In this document: piece after piece, positions 18,274 to 28,321 of the stretch
Numbering within the stretch: position 1 is the stretch's first letter
Layout of the letters: the number at the start of each line of letters is the position of its first letter
Assembly (NCBI GenBank): GCA_937859895.1
Contig: CALMAV010000178.1
Location: forward strand, 678-64,677
DNA from: an uncultured Bryobacterales bacterium
GTDB lineage: Bacteria; Acidobacteriota; Terriglobia; Bryobacterales; Bryobacteraceae
Length of the DNA: 64,000 nt
Direction: 5' to 3'
Position numbers and translations under genes: made by a program
The notes under the pieces: model-generated
The model's input: only the letters and a program-made list of their open reading frames with translations
What the model was told of the DNA's origin: nothing
The model's database searches: none

Positions 18274-21200
18274 ATGGAGGCATGCGTGCGTTTACTCTTC
18301 GACCGAACTAATGCACTGCGCCGACAATTCTCGCCTTTGGGCGCCTTGTTCGCGCTGGCTTTAGCCGTTAATTTCGGTCCCTTTGCTTGGGGCCAAACCT
18401 TTTCATCGTCTATCACTGGCAGCGTCACCGATCCTACCGGAGCCGCCGTACAAGCTGCCAAAGTGCAGCTTAAAACCGTGAGTACCAATGATGTGCACGA
18501 TGAGGTCACGCACGGCGATGGCTCTTATCAATTCAACAATCTATTGCCGGGTACGTATCAAATCAGTGTCACCGCGCCAGGTTTTCAAACATACGTTCGC
18601 GACAATCTGGTGCTACAGGCGCAGATCGCGGCCAGCGTGAATGTTGCCCTTCAGGTTGGGAATGCGCAGCAGCGGGTGGAAGTAACGGGGTCATCGGTTC
18701 TGGTAGATACCGAGACGGCGAACAACACGGTGACGTTGGATAGCCACCTGCTCGCGTCTTTGCCCAACGCCACCAGAAATTCTTTGAACTTCGTTTTTGC
18801 CGTGGCCGGAACAACGGAAGGTCCGGCAGGGGCAACGAACAGGAATGGGACATTGGATCAGAGCTCCAGCAGCTTTGGGTTGAACGGTGGCCGGACGGGT
18901 GAGTCAACCATCCTGATTGACGGTGCTCCTTCCACCGCGGTGGACTGGGGCGGCCTCTTCGTATCCCCGCTGCAAGACTCCGTGCAGGAGCAGCAGATTG
19001 TTACAAACACCTATGACGCTCAATATGAGAGCGGGGGATCGGGTATTGTTACGCTGATCACCAAAGGCGGCGGAAACACGTTTCACGGAGAGGCGTACGA
19101 TTATCTTCAGAATTCGGCTCTCAATGCCAATTCCTGGTCAAATAACAAGAACGGAGCTCTCAAAGGACAGTTCAAGAGGAATCAGTTCGGCGGAAACGTC
19201 AGCGGTCCGATCCTGAAGCGTGCAAATCTATTTTTTTTCGGTGGGTACGAGGGGTTACGACAGCCGACTACGCAGGACAGCGGCTTGCTCTCGGTCCCCA
19301 CACGAGCCGAGCGCAATGGGGATTTCTCCGGTGCGTTGAATGCCGATGGCACGCCGAATCTGATCTACAATCCGTTTACGACGGTGCAACTTCCTGACGG
19401 GAGCTACACCCGTCAACCGTTCGCCGGCAACAGAATTCCACAGAGTCTGTTCAATCCGGTAGGCGCCAGGATTATGAGCCTGTACCCGCTTCCCAACCGG
19501 GCGGGCCAGGGACCAAATCAAATCAATAACTTCTTTGCGCAGGGCGCCGGTAATAGCGTGAACGACAAAATGGATAGCCGAGTGGATTGGGAACAAAGTC
19601 CAGTCCACAGACTGTTCGTGCGCTGGTCGGACCGTTTTCGCCAGGATATTACGAATCCCTGTTATTTCTGTAACGGCGCCGATTCCGGAGTAAATGAGCA
19701 CGACACCGGCTTTCAGGGCGTCTTGAACGATACAGTTACTCCGAGCCCTACTTGGGTAATCAATACGTTCGTCAGCTTTAGCCGGTGGCAAGAGGCGCAC
19801 GTAGCCCAAAGCTTGGGGGTAGCGAATGCATCAACTATCGGGCTCTCGCCGTCATTGTTCCAAGCGCCCATCCTACCCGGAGTTAACGTGCAGAACTATT
19901 CGGGCCTAGGCGTGACTTTCGGGGGAGGATTCCAGAAATACACGCGCTACTCAAACACGGTCGCAATGAACATCACCAAGCAGTTCTCGAAGCACACGCT
20001 GAAATTCGGTGCTAACTTCGACGACCTGAGAATCAACAACACCAATGAGGCGAATGGCGTCAGCACGGGCTCTCCGGCCTTCAACTTCGGAACCGCACTA
20101 ACATCATGCGATCCCAACGTTAACGGGGGTCCCTGCCTTGCCAGCAACAATGGTTCCAGTATGTCGGGTAACGCCCTTGCCTCGATACTGCTGGGGACCG
20201 CAAGCGGTGGCGGGCAGTCTTTCAACATAGATCCCGCTATGGGTTTGCATACCTTTGGAGCCTACATTCAAGATCAGTGGAGAGTCACTCGGCGATTAAG
20301 CGTGAACGTAGGCGTCCGGTATGAGAATCAGCGTCCCGCGACAGAACGGTTCAATCGCCTTGAGTATTTCAACACCACAGTCGTGAATCCTATCAGTTCT
20401 CAGGTCGGGTTAAACGTCCGCGGCGGATTCGAATACGCGGGCGTTAACGGGAATGATAGATACGCCTGGCCGCCCAATGATCTTGACTTCGCACCTCGCG
20501 CTGGAATCGCATTTAAGATCACCGATCGGCTAGTAGCTCGCGCTGGGGCCGGCATATACTTCAGTTCTCCGTCAGCGTTGATCAGTTTCGATAATCCTGG
20601 CCAGTTCTACGGGTTTAGTTCGTCGACACCATATAATGCGACGGCCCAGAATGGATTTGTTCCATTAAACCTAGTCAACAACCCCTTCCCCACTGGCCTT
20701 AATTCGCCTACGAATAGCTCGCAAGGCTTACTTACGCTGGTGGGCGATGGACAAAGTCAGATATGGCCGAAAGCGCCACACCCCACGCCTTACGTCGAAC
20801 AATGGAGCTTCGATCTGCAATACCAGCTCGGTCGAAGTTCAGCGTTTCAGATCGGCTATTTGGGAAATCGAGGACGCAAGTTGCTATATGGTAATCCAAA
20901 TATCAACGCGAACCAATTACCCGATCAGTACCTAAGCCTTCAGTCGCAGCTAGATCAACAGGTAGCTAACCCGTTTTTCGGCGTTCTTGATCCAAGCACC
21001 CCGCTTGGATCGCAGCGCACGATAGCATATAACCAACTGCTGCGCCCATACCCCGAATTTACATACCTCGGGTGGAGTCGTTCTTTACCCGGAGCAAGGT
21101 CCTCCTACAACGCGCTCGACGCAAAATTCACTCACAGCTTCACTGCTGGCTTAAGCCTTTTAACAACGTATCGGTGGTCGAAAGCGTTAGATAACGGTCC

Positions 21201-21855
21201 GGAAGACTTCCTTGGCTACGCGACCGGTAATCAGTGGCGCGACTCCTACAACACCATGCTGGACTACAACATCAGCACGCATGACGTTCCGCAGAGTTTC
21301 GCGACGGCGCTGGTCTATGACCTGCCATACGGCAGAGGCAAACACTGGGGCAACAGTGCTCCAAGGATCGTGAAAGAAGTATTGGGAAATTGGCAGCTTT
21401 CGAGTGTAGTTCGGCTGGCCAGTGGCCTTCCGCTACCCTCGGCAATTTTTTGGAGCAACAACAATCCACTTGGTCCATATGGTTACCCAGGGCCGCAGAT
21501 CGCTAACTTGGGGGGAAACCCGGTGCCCTCAAACCGAACGCCTAATGATTGGATCAACGCCGCGGCTTATACGCAGCCGTCTCAATGGACGTTGGGGAAT
21601 GCACCGCAACGGATGACGCAGCTTCGGGAGCGTGCCGCTCGCAACGTTGATGTTTCAGTCGCGAAGAACTTCGGGGGGGAGCGATATCAGGCCTGGCTCC
21701 GCGCCGAGTTTCTAAATGCGTTCAACTACGCGCAATACAATCTGTCACCGTTCAACAGCGTTCCCCTATGCATAACTTGCGGAGACTTTGGCGATCTCAA
21801 CTCTACGGAGAACAGCCCCCGCACTATCCAGCTTAGTCTAAAGCTGAGTTTTTGA
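18274..21855 (+). CDS. TonB-dependent receptor with an N-terminal carboxypeptidase-regulatory-like domain (1193 aa)
   Basis: ITGSVTDPTGAAVQAAKVQLKTVSTN...GSYQFNNLLPGTYQISVTAPGF (CarboxypepD_reg-like), a plug region, and a long beta-barrel ending RTIQLSLKLSF. Confidence 0.9.
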   Translation: MEACVRLLFDRTNALRRQFSPLGALFALALAVNFGPFAWGQTFSSSITGSVTDPTGAAVQAAKVQLKTVSTNDVHDEVTHGDGSYQFNNLLPGTYQISVTAPGFQTYVRDNLVLQAQIAASVNVALQVGNAQQRVEVTGSSVLVDTETANNTVTLDSHLLASLPNATRNSLNFVFAVAGTTEGPAGATNRNGTLDQSSSSFGLNGGRTGESTILIDGAPSTAVDWGGLFVSPLQDSVQEQQIVTNTYDAQYESGGSGIVTLITKGGGNTFHGEAYDYLQNSALNANSWSNNKNGALKGQFKRNQFGGNVSGPILKRANLFFFGGYEGLRQPTTQDSGLLSVPTRAERNGDFSGALNADGTPNLIYNPFTTVQLPDGSYTRQPFAGNRIPQSLFNPVGARIMSLYPLPNRAGQGPNQINNFFAQGAGNSVNDKMDSRVDWEQSPVHRLFVRWSDRFRQDITNPCYFCNGADSGVNEHDTGFQGVLNDTVTPSPTWVINTFVSFSRWQEAHVAQSLGVANASTIGLSPSLFQAPILPGVNVQNYSGLGVTFGGGFQKYTRYSNTVAMNITKQFSKHTLKFGANFDDLRINNTNEANGVSTGSPAFNFGTALTSCDPNVNGGPCLASNNGSSMSGNALASILLGTASGGGQSFNIDPAMGLHTFGAYIQDQWRVTRRLSVNVGVRYENQRPATERFNRLEYFNTTVVNPISSQVGLNVRGGFEYAGVNGNDRYAWPPNDLDFAPRAGIAFKITDRLVARAGAGIYFSSPSALISFDNPGQFYGFSSSTPYNATAQNGFVPLNLVNNPFPTGLNSPTNSSQGLLTLVGDGQSQIWPKAPHPTPYVEQWSFDLQYQLGRSSAFQIGYLGNRGRKLLYGNPNINANQLPDQYLSLQSQLDQQVANPFFGVLDPSTPLGSQRTIAYNQLLRPYPEFTYLGWSRSLPGARSSYNALDAKFTHSFTAGLSLLTTYRWSKALDNGPEDFLGYATGNQWRDSYNTMLDYNISTHDVPQSFATALVYDLPYGRGKHWGNSAPRIVKEVLGNWQLSSVVRLASGLPLPSAIFWSNNNPLGPYGYPGPQIANLGGNPVPSNRTPNDWINAAAYTQPSQWTLGNAPQRMTQLRERAARNVDVSVAKNFGGERYQAWLRAEFLNAFNYAQYNLSPFNSVPLCITCGDFGDLNSTENSPRTIQLSLKLSF

Positions 21856-22387
21856 CGTGTTCCTAACACAACACGGTCCGGCTGCTTTCAATACCTCCGG
21901 GCCGTTTTCCTTTGCTGCCGAAATGCGTGTCAAGGATCACAGCAGCTACCGCGGGAAGAGCCATATGTGCACTTCCAGATACTCGACTGGCCGGATTATG
22001 AAGGTTGGATGAGGAAGCGAATCAATAAACCGGCGCGATGTTGTCGGATGCTCGATTATTGCCGCAGCTGGTGGATTCAACCACTTCGCACTTGCCTCTA
22101 CGAGCTCATCTGGTTCTGGCAAAGTGAATACAACGGATCGTGGCACACAAAAATTCCGCAGACCTCTGTGGCGCTCGGAATGAGATTGCTCGACGCAATG
22201 TTTGTTGCCGTGCGGCGCCTTGAGACAACGGCATGATACAAATTCCAACGGCGCGAGAAGAGCTTCACCTTCTGTACCCAACTGATCTGGATATTACTCT
22301 TGAACGTCGGAACAGCAAACTAGAGTTTAGCTTCTCGAACTGAGGCGTGCATTCTCAGCATGTGAAAAGTTAGCAGGCTTAGCAGAA

Positions 22388-23947
22388 ATGAAGATACACA
22401 AACGTACAAAAGTAATCGCTTCCCTCAGCGTGAGCTGCTCCATGGCAGCTGCGAGTTGGCTCACTTTCGGCGGAGGACCGCAGCGAAATGGCTGGGCGCA
22501 AGATGAGACTACCATTTCCGCTGACACAGTGAGCGGCATGCAATTGCTTTGGAAGCTGAAGCTAGACAATGAGCCGAAGCAACTGAATGCTTTGACAACC
22601 CCCGTAGTGATCAACCCTGTGTATACGAACAAGGGAGCTGAAACTTACGTAGTGGTCGGCGGTAGTTCGGACAACCTGTACGTGGTGGATGCCGATACCG
22701 GAAAAGTGGCTTGGCAGAAGCACTTCACGAATGAAGCTCCCGCCCCGGCTGGAAACTTGGGAACGGGTTCCTACTTTTGTCCCGATGCGCTAAATGACAC
22801 GCCGCTCATCTTACAAGGCCAGGCGGGTCCGACAGTGTATGTGATTTCGATTGATGGTAAACTGCATGCGCTGAACCTGGTCAACGGAGAAGACCGTTTT
22901 GCTCCACACCAGTTTGTTCCAGCTTACTCTAAGAATTGGAGCCTAAACTCGGCGGGCAACTTTATTTATACGACTACGTCGCAGGGATGCGGCCGCGCCA
23001 AATCGGGCGTTTGGAGCATGGACATCAGCAGTCCGGAGAAGCCTGTTGTCTCTTTTCAATCAGATTCGTCTGGCGGAGGCGTTTGGGGCCGAGGCGGCGC
23101 CTCAGTCGGTCTGAATGGAACGATCTATGCGGAAACAGGAGATGGTCCCTTTGATGCCGCTACCGGCAAGTACGGCAACAGCTTATTGGCGCTCTCGCCG
23201 GGTAATTTGAAATTGCTCGACTATTACACACCTGCGAACGTCACTTACTTGACTCGCAAGGACCTGGATATGGGGAACATCACTCCGGTCGTTTTTCATC
23301 ATGAAGGAAGAGAGTTGGTGGTGGGTTCCGGGAAGGAAGGAGCGCTCTTTTTGGTGGATACGAAATCTCCCGGCGGCGAAACACATCGCAAGCCACTGTT
23401 TCAGAGTCCATTGTACGTCAACCAAGGCGCCGATATCGCGGGGCGCGGATTTTGGGGCGCCTTCGCCACCTGGGAGGACTCCAAAGGTGTTCGTTGGTTA
23501 TATGCGCCGGCTTGGGGGCCTTCCAGCGTGAAAGCTCCAGCATTTCCGATCGGTAACGGGGCTACTCCTGACGGCAGCTTGATGGCTTTTAGGGTTGAGG
23601 ACAAAGATGGCCAGCCGGTTCTGACACCCGCTTGGGTGTCGCACAATATGGCTGTTCCAGAGCCCCCTGTTATCGCGAATGGTGTTGTGTTCTCTGTGTC
23701 CAGCGGCGAGTTTATTCGTCAGGTGAAGGAGAACGGTCAATTGTATACCGCGGACGAGCGCATTGCACAGACGACAGGAAATGCCACCCTGTATGCTTTC
23801 GACGCGCAAACGGGAAAAGAGTTGTTCTCCAGCGGAAAGACCATGACCTCCTTCACGCATTTTGGTGGGGTCGCGGTGAGCGATGGACGTGTGTATGCCT
23901 CGACGCACGATTCCACACTTTACGCCTTCGGAGTGAAGGGAGAGTAG
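22388..23947 (+). CDS. Secreted PQQ-like beta-propeller repeat protein (519 aa)
   Basis: Signal peptide and repeated motifs LYVVDADTGKVAWQ, LHALNLVNGEDRF, LYAFDAQTGKELF, STLYAF. Confidence 0.8.
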   Translation: MKIHKRTKVIASLSVSCSMAAASWLTFGGGPQRNGWAQDETTISADTVSGMQLLWKLKLDNEPKQLNALTTPVVINPVYTNKGAETYVVVGGSSDNLYVVDADTGKVAWQKHFTNEAPAPAGNLGTGSYFCPDALNDTPLILQGQAGPTVYVISIDGKLHALNLVNGEDRFAPHQFVPAYSKNWSLNSAGNFIYTTTSQGCGRAKSGVWSMDISSPEKPVVSFQSDSSGGGVWGRGGASVGLNGTIYAETGDGPFDAATGKYGNSLLALSPGNLKLLDYYTPANVTYLTRKDLDMGNITPVVFHHEGRELVVGSGKEGALFLVDTKSPGGETHRKPLFQSPLYVNQGADIAGRGFWGAFATWEDSKGVRWLYAPAWGPSSVKAPAFPIGNGATPDGSLMAFRVEDKDGQPVLTPAWVSHNMAVPEPPVIANGVVFSVSSGEFIRQVKENGQLYTADERIAQTTGNATLYAFDAQTGKELFSSGKTMTSFTHFGGVAVSDGRVYASTHDSTLYAFGVKGE

Positions 23948-23978
23948 CGCCGTCAGAAGGTCGCCAAGCCAAGGCCAA

Positions 23979-24200
23979 TTGAGGCCCGGCCCGGGATACA
24001 AGGAATGGGCCAGCAAGATGAAAGAGATTGGTTTGCAGCCATCCACTACCGGTGAGGGAGGCGGCAAGGAACCGGCCAGAGCGTCACGCATTACCTCATC
24101 CCGGGTAATCTGTTTACCCGAGGGTACGCCAAGCTGGCCGCGACTGGATCAAATCGAGCTCGTCCTTACGAAAGAATAGCCCACGCTCATGAGCACCGCT
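23979..24200 (+). pseudogene. Remnant of a SprT-like protein gene (5'-truncated, frameshifted)
   Basis: KEWASKMKEIGLQPSTTGEGGGKE continues after a frameshift near 24055 as GTGQSVTHYLIPGNLFTRGYAKLAATG. Together these recall the C-terminal half of SprT-like proteins carried by plasmids and ICEs. No metalloprotease N-terminus is present. The 3' boundary is approximate. Confidence 0.45.
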
Positions 24201-24358
24201 CTTATTTCGCTCGCCCCAAGAAATACGACTGTCATCGTGCAGTTGCAAACGCGTATCTCGGAGTTAGAACGTCTGACCGGAAAGCAAGCGGCGGAACTGA
24301 TTTCTTCGCCGCTTGTAAAACGGTTGTTTGATCTAGCCGCTTAGCAAGTGTACGGTGG

Positions 24359-26392
24359 CTAAGACACCGCATCCCGTGCCTCCTGCATGTCTCCTAAAGT
24401 TACAGGAGGAAGTTGGGAGCCGGCGTTCTGGACCATCGCTCGTTTGGCAGCGTTTCGCTTGGCGCGGCCAACGATTCCCTTGATATCGCTGATGGAAAGA
24501 CCAGCGAGAACTGTGCGGCTGACATGCTCCCTGTGGAACTCGACAACCGTTCCGCCCAGCATAAGGTTCAGGATCCGGTAACGGCTCTCTTCCCCGGGGA
24601 GCGGAATGGACAGGTGCTCGGAGAATCGATCGCCGTTCCGAATGGCCGGGTCGACATCGCCGAAGTGATTCGTGGCCCCGATCAAGAAGACCCGGTGTTC
24701 GGGCCTTAGCGCGCTGACTTCGATGAGGAACTGCTCCACAAAGGTTCGAGCCTGTTCGGTGATGAAGCCCGACGCTCGGTCGGGCGCAATGCCGTCGATC
24801 TCGTCAAAAAAGAGAATGGAGGGAGAATTGCCGACAGCACGGGCAAAGATCCGCGAGAGCCGCTTCGGGTCAAACTGCAGGTCGGAAGGCGTGACAGAGT
24901 AGAAACTGCGCTGGACGGAGGTGGCAATTAGCCGGGCAATCGTGGTCTTCCCGGTTCCCGTTGGACCCAGAAGCAGGAGCCCGTTCGGAACGGGCAACTG
25001 AGGAAAGTCGCCGTTCAGTTGCTGGGTAAGCAGCTTGATTTCGACTTCGGTCGCAGGTTCAAGACAGACATCGGACCAGTGGACTGCGTGGATTGGATCT
25101 CGATCTTGACCGCCACAGGAGGCGAGTGCCGCCGTCATGTCCGCTCCACAAACTTTGCGCCGGTCTTTTGCTGCCAGGGCGCTCGCCCGATTCACTAGAT
25201 CCTGCAAGCGGCGGGCGGAGTAGCCCGGCGTCTTACGAGCAAACTCCAGCAGCGGAAACGGTTCGGCCGGCTTGGCCTCGAGCAGAGAACGAAGAATGGC
25301 TTCTCTGCCTTGCTGGTCCGGATTGTCTACTCGAAGCTGCAAGTCGAATCGACTGCGCAGCGCTTCGTCCAAAGCATCGTAGCGATTGGTCGCGGCACAC
25401 AGCACGAGTCCGGGAAGCGGCCGGCAGTGGGTGATCAAACGCATTAGTTCAAGCACCACACCATTGAACTCACGCCCGGCACCGCCTCCATCCTGACCGC
25501 CCGATTGCCGTTCACTCCCCAGATCATCGATTTCGTCGATGAACAGCACGCAAGGTGCTTGCGCCGCGGCTTGCACAAAAGCGAGACGCAAAGCCTCCCC
25601 GGTTTCCCCGATTAGCCCACCTTTCAATGTCGAGCAATGAACGATTTGCATGTCGATGCCAAACTCGCCGGCGATGGCATCCGCCAACTTCGTTTTACCG
25701 GTTCCGGTGGGACCGTGAAGCAGGATCCCATTCCGAACGATGCCATAGGCGCGATATCTCTCTGGATGGAGGCGTGTCTCTACCAGTTCGCGAATGTCCT
25801 TCTTGAGATCTTCGCGGCCGCCAATGTCAGCAAAGGTAACCCGTCTCCCCGAAGGCACTCGGGGTCTCCGAAACGGAGTTCCGGGAGCCGAAGCGGCGAC
25901 TCGTACCGGTTGTCGCCCCTTCCAGCGACGCACCAGGACCAGAAGGCAAAGGGCGGTGCCGCCGAAAATAAACCGCCAATAGGACGAAACCGTGTACGTG
26001 ATCCCAAACCAGTGAGAGACGAACCAAAACAGATTCGTATTCACCAGTTCATACCAGGCAAACAGGCAGGCAACAGGAATCGCTAGCAGAGTGTAAGTCT
26101 GCAAACGCACACGCTTCTGGACAAAGGGATGGGACGAGAGAAGTTGCAGGCCCAGAGCAATGCCCAGCCAAACAGGAGGGTACCCGCTGAGCCCCTCCAA
26201 CGTGAACCAATCCTCGACGCCGCTTTGCCAACGCTGAACCCACAAATTGATCAGCGAGGAGCCGAACAGGGCAGCAACGATCGCCCACTGCAGTTGTCGA
26301 CGCTCTCGTGCATCGTAGGAGCGAACGGTCTTGAGAAGGGAAAACGGCAGCAGCGTTTCTCCGATCATCGAGAGTAGCCTCCTTGCGGACAA
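24359..26392 (-). CDS. Membrane-anchored protein with two classical AAA+ ATPase domains (Cdc48/FtsH-type)
   Basis: About 4-5 N-terminal TM helices. D1 has GILLHGPTGTGKTKL, VLFIDEIDDL and ATNRYDALDEALRSRFD. D2 has LLLLGPTGTGKTTI, ILFFDEIDGI and GATNHFGDVDPAIRNGDRF. An alternative start at 26368 (MIGETLL) would give an ATGA overlap with the upstream Zn-ribbon gene stop. Confidence 0.85.
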   Translation of the reverse strand: MSARRLLSMIGETLLPFSLLKTVRSYDARERRQLQWAIVAALFGSSLINLWVQRWQSGVEDWFTLEGLSGYPPVWLGIALGLQLLSSHPFVQKRVRLQTYTLLAIPVACLFAWYELVNTNLFWFVSHWFGITYTVSSYWRFIFGGTALCLLVLVRRWKGRQPVRVAASAPGTPFRRPRVPSGRRVTFADIGGREDLKKDIRELVETRLHPERYRAYGIVRNGILLHGPTGTGKTKLADAIAGEFGIDMQIVHCSTLKGGLIGETGEALRLAFVQAAAQAPCVLFIDEIDDLGSERQSGGQDGGGAGREFNGVVLELMRLITHCRPLPGLVLCAATNRYDALDEALRSRFDLQLRVDNPDQQGREAILRSLLEAKPAEPFPLLEFARKTPGYSARRLQDLVNRASALAAKDRRKVCGADMTAALASCGGQDRDPIHAVHWSDVCLEPATEVEIKLLTQQLNGDFPQLPVPNGLLLLGPTGTGKTTIARLIATSVQRSFYSVTPSDLQFDPKRLSRIFARAVGNSPSILFFDEIDGIAPDRASGFITEQARTFVEQFLIEVSALRPEHRVFLIGATNHFGDVDPAIRNGDRFSEHLSIPLPGEESRYRILNLMLGGTVVEFHREHVSRTVLAGLSISDIKGIVGRAKRNAAKRAMVQNAGSQLPPVTLGDMQEARDAVS

Positions 26393-26859
26393 TTTTTACT
26401 GCAGGCGCCACAACCCGAGCAACTTCTCCAGCCGCAGCGGGCACATTTCGGGCTACTCACATCCCGGCTGTCCACTCCGCCGTCGTCACACTTCCAGCAG
26501 TGACTGGCATACCATTTCGCTCTGCACTTGGGACGGAGGCACTCGTGTCTCCCACGCTCCGTATACACGTCGGAGCTGGAACACTCCAGGCAAACATCCC
26601 GCAAGAGCGGCTCATACCGGATTCCGCTACGGTCTTTTCTGTATCTAGTGAGAAGCGACTGCAGGGTGGCCTGCCTCGCTGTCTCGACCGCTGCCTGCTC
26701 CCTTTGAGTCTGAGAAAGCTCACCTAAGTCAGTAAACTCTCCGCAATAGTCGTCAAACGATTCGGAAGAATCGGAGCCGCATAGGGGACAAAACCCGGCA
26801 TGAGACTCGTTATCGAGGTCAACGGAGGCACCACAATCGGGGCAACAATCCGAACTCAT
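26365..26859 (-). CDS. Cysteine-rich multi-zinc-ribbon protein (164 aa)
   Basis: The start is taken at MSSDCCPDCG (26859), which is preceded by GGAG. The longer ORF-track start at 27057 would overlap the divergent XRE gene. There are at least four CxxC pairs: CPDC...CPLC; CLEC...C-x4-C; CWKC...CARC; CSGCGAC-x3-C. Confidence 0.7.
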   Translation of the reverse strand: MSSDCCPDCGASVDLDNESHAGFCPLCGSDSSESFDDYCGEFTDLGELSQTQREQAAVETARQATLQSLLTRYRKDRSGIRYEPLLRDVCLECSSSDVYTERGRHECLRPKCRAKWYASHCWKCDDGGVDSRDVSSPKCARCGWRSCSGCGACSKNCPQGGYSR

Positions 26860-26948
26860 CTTACTTACTCCTGAAGACACCGAACCGAAAACAGGTTCGA
26901 TGAATGTTGTTATTCCAACTATTGTTGGTAGACCACTTCGCCCAAATT

Positions 26949-26965
26949 CTACAGCATGGCTGTAG
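26949..26965. promoter_or_regulatory. Perfect palindrome abutting the XRE start codon; candidate XRE operator
   Basis: CTACAGC-atg-GCTGTAG at 26949-26965, in the 106-bp divergent intergenic region between the Zn-ribbon/AAA operon and the XRE gene. Confidence 0.35.
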
Positions 26966-27235
26966 GTGAGGGCACGATATCGGGTTCGTTCCAAGCAAAA
27001 CAAAGACCCGGAACTGCTCTGGTTTGGCGAGTTCCTCGCCGAACTACGAAGAAGCAAAGACCTGACGCAGGAGAACCTGGCCGAAGCGAGTGGGTATACG
27101 CGAAACTACATCAGCCTTCTCGAAGGTGGAGAGCGTAGCCCTACTCTAACCGCGCTCCTCAAGTTGGCTCTCCCGTTAGGAGTGCGCGCCTCCGAAATGG
27201 TCCGTCATGTTGAATCGCGGAAGGCCAATCCATAA
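26966..27235 (+). CDS. XRE-family helix-turn-helix transcriptional regulator (89 aa)
   Basis: FGEFLAELRRSKDLTQENLAEASGYTRNYISLLEGGERSPTLTALLKLALPLG is a canonical HTH_3 / Cro-C1 pattern. Confidence 0.8.
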   Translation: MRARYRVRSKQNKDPELLWFGEFLAELRRSKDLTQENLAEASGYTRNYISLLEGGERSPTLTALLKLALPLGVRASEMVRHVESRKANP

Positions 27236-27587
27236 GTGGTTCACTTTGAGTGATGGGCGTGAACGGCTTGCGTCGTTGCAAGGAAAGCTGATTCTCCTAG
27301 AGGAGTCGGAAGCAGTTTGGATAGCCGAGTTGCGCTCGAAATAACAATCTGCTGACGGCAGAATAGTTCCCGAATCTATGAACCGTAGCGACTTTTCAGA
27401 TCGGGATGGACTCCTGACTTACCCCCAGGGCTGAACTGAGTCGATTAGATGGAACGCTTCCTTTCTCAAGGCTGCCATGAAGGCTTGACTGAAAAAGAGA
27501 AAGAGAAGGGGCGAACGGCGGCTGCTTTGCTGCACAGGCTAGCTCGCCTACAAAGAGTCGTTCCGATTCATGGATCGGTAGAGGCAG

Positions 27588-27827
27588 CTAATTCAGCGGC
27601 GAACCAGAAATCATCTCGATGATCTTTCCACCTTGCACTTGAAAGATGCGGAACTCGGGATGCAGCCGGACCATGTAGTCGATTGCTTCTTCAATTCGAT
27701 GGGAGGCGATGTAGAGCGTTTGCGACTGGCCCTCCGAATTCGGCCAACTGACAAACTCCCATAAGATTGCTTCACAAGCTCCACTCCGGCCCGGCCGGAA
27801 TGAACCCGGAGAGACCTTCTTTGACAT
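27588..27827 (-). CDS. Small hypothetical protein (79 aa)
   Basis: Isolated ORF in an otherwise non-coding stretch. No motif recognised. Confidence 0.3.
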   Translation of the reverse strand: MSKKVSPGSFRPGRSGACEAILWEFVSWPNSEGQSQTLYIASHRIEEAIDYMVRLHPEFRIFQVQGGKIIEMISGSPLN

Positions 27828-28015
27828 TCAGATTTTCCTTTCGTAAATAACCTCGTCGCACTGGGGCGGACGAGCGGCCATATGATTTTTTGGCTGGTCT
27901 GCCCTACTGGCAGTTCTGTAGCTCTCCGTTGTTCGTCACTACTGAGATAACTGCGAAGTTGCTTTGTAGTCTGTGCGTTATTTTGTGTCGAAGCTAATGT
28001 TGATTAGCACGATCT

Positions 28016-28321
28016 ATGGCGATACACTCGATCATGCCGCTTTTTGCATCCTCCCCCTTCCGTCTTCTTTCGCCCGGTGACTCGGTCCGGTTCGCTCTGG
28101 TTCAGTCGTTGTATCGCTGCCACAGGCCGGAACTCGCCGATCTGGTGGAGTCAGCCGAGTTGGGGCTTGACCTTCCTGGTCTCTGGCTACGGCCTGCTGA
28201 ATCTTTTGCCGATGTTGCTCCCCAAGCGATTGAGGCTGTCCTTCTGGAAGCAAGTACCGAAGCCGGGTTGCCGCTCACCTGGATTCGTCTGCTGGTCCGG
28301 TCCTCCTTTGCTGCGGCATGA
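28016..28321 (+). CDS. Hypothetical protein (101 aa), first gene of the HNH-integrase operon
   Basis: The ORF's stop overlaps the next start (ATGA at 28318-28321). Confidence 0.45.
   Translation: MAIHSIMPLFASSPFRLLSPGDSVRFALVQSLYRCHRPELADLVESAELGLDLPGLWLRPAESFADVAPQAIEAVLLEASTEAGLPLTWIRLLVRSSFAAA

Noticed and set aside
21946-22281. ORFs 21946..22281 (-) and 21967..22236 (+) between the TonB receptor and the PQQ-repeat gene
   Set aside because: The two ORFs are mutually antisense and neither has a recognisable motif or convincing start context. They could be a gene remnant, but I cannot support either strand.
26860-27057. The longer 230-aa version of the Zn-ribbon ORF (start 27057)
   Set aside because: The extension overlaps the divergent XRE gene start and its candidate operator and has no Cys motifs. 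The internal ATG at 26859 has a GGAG ribosome-binding site.
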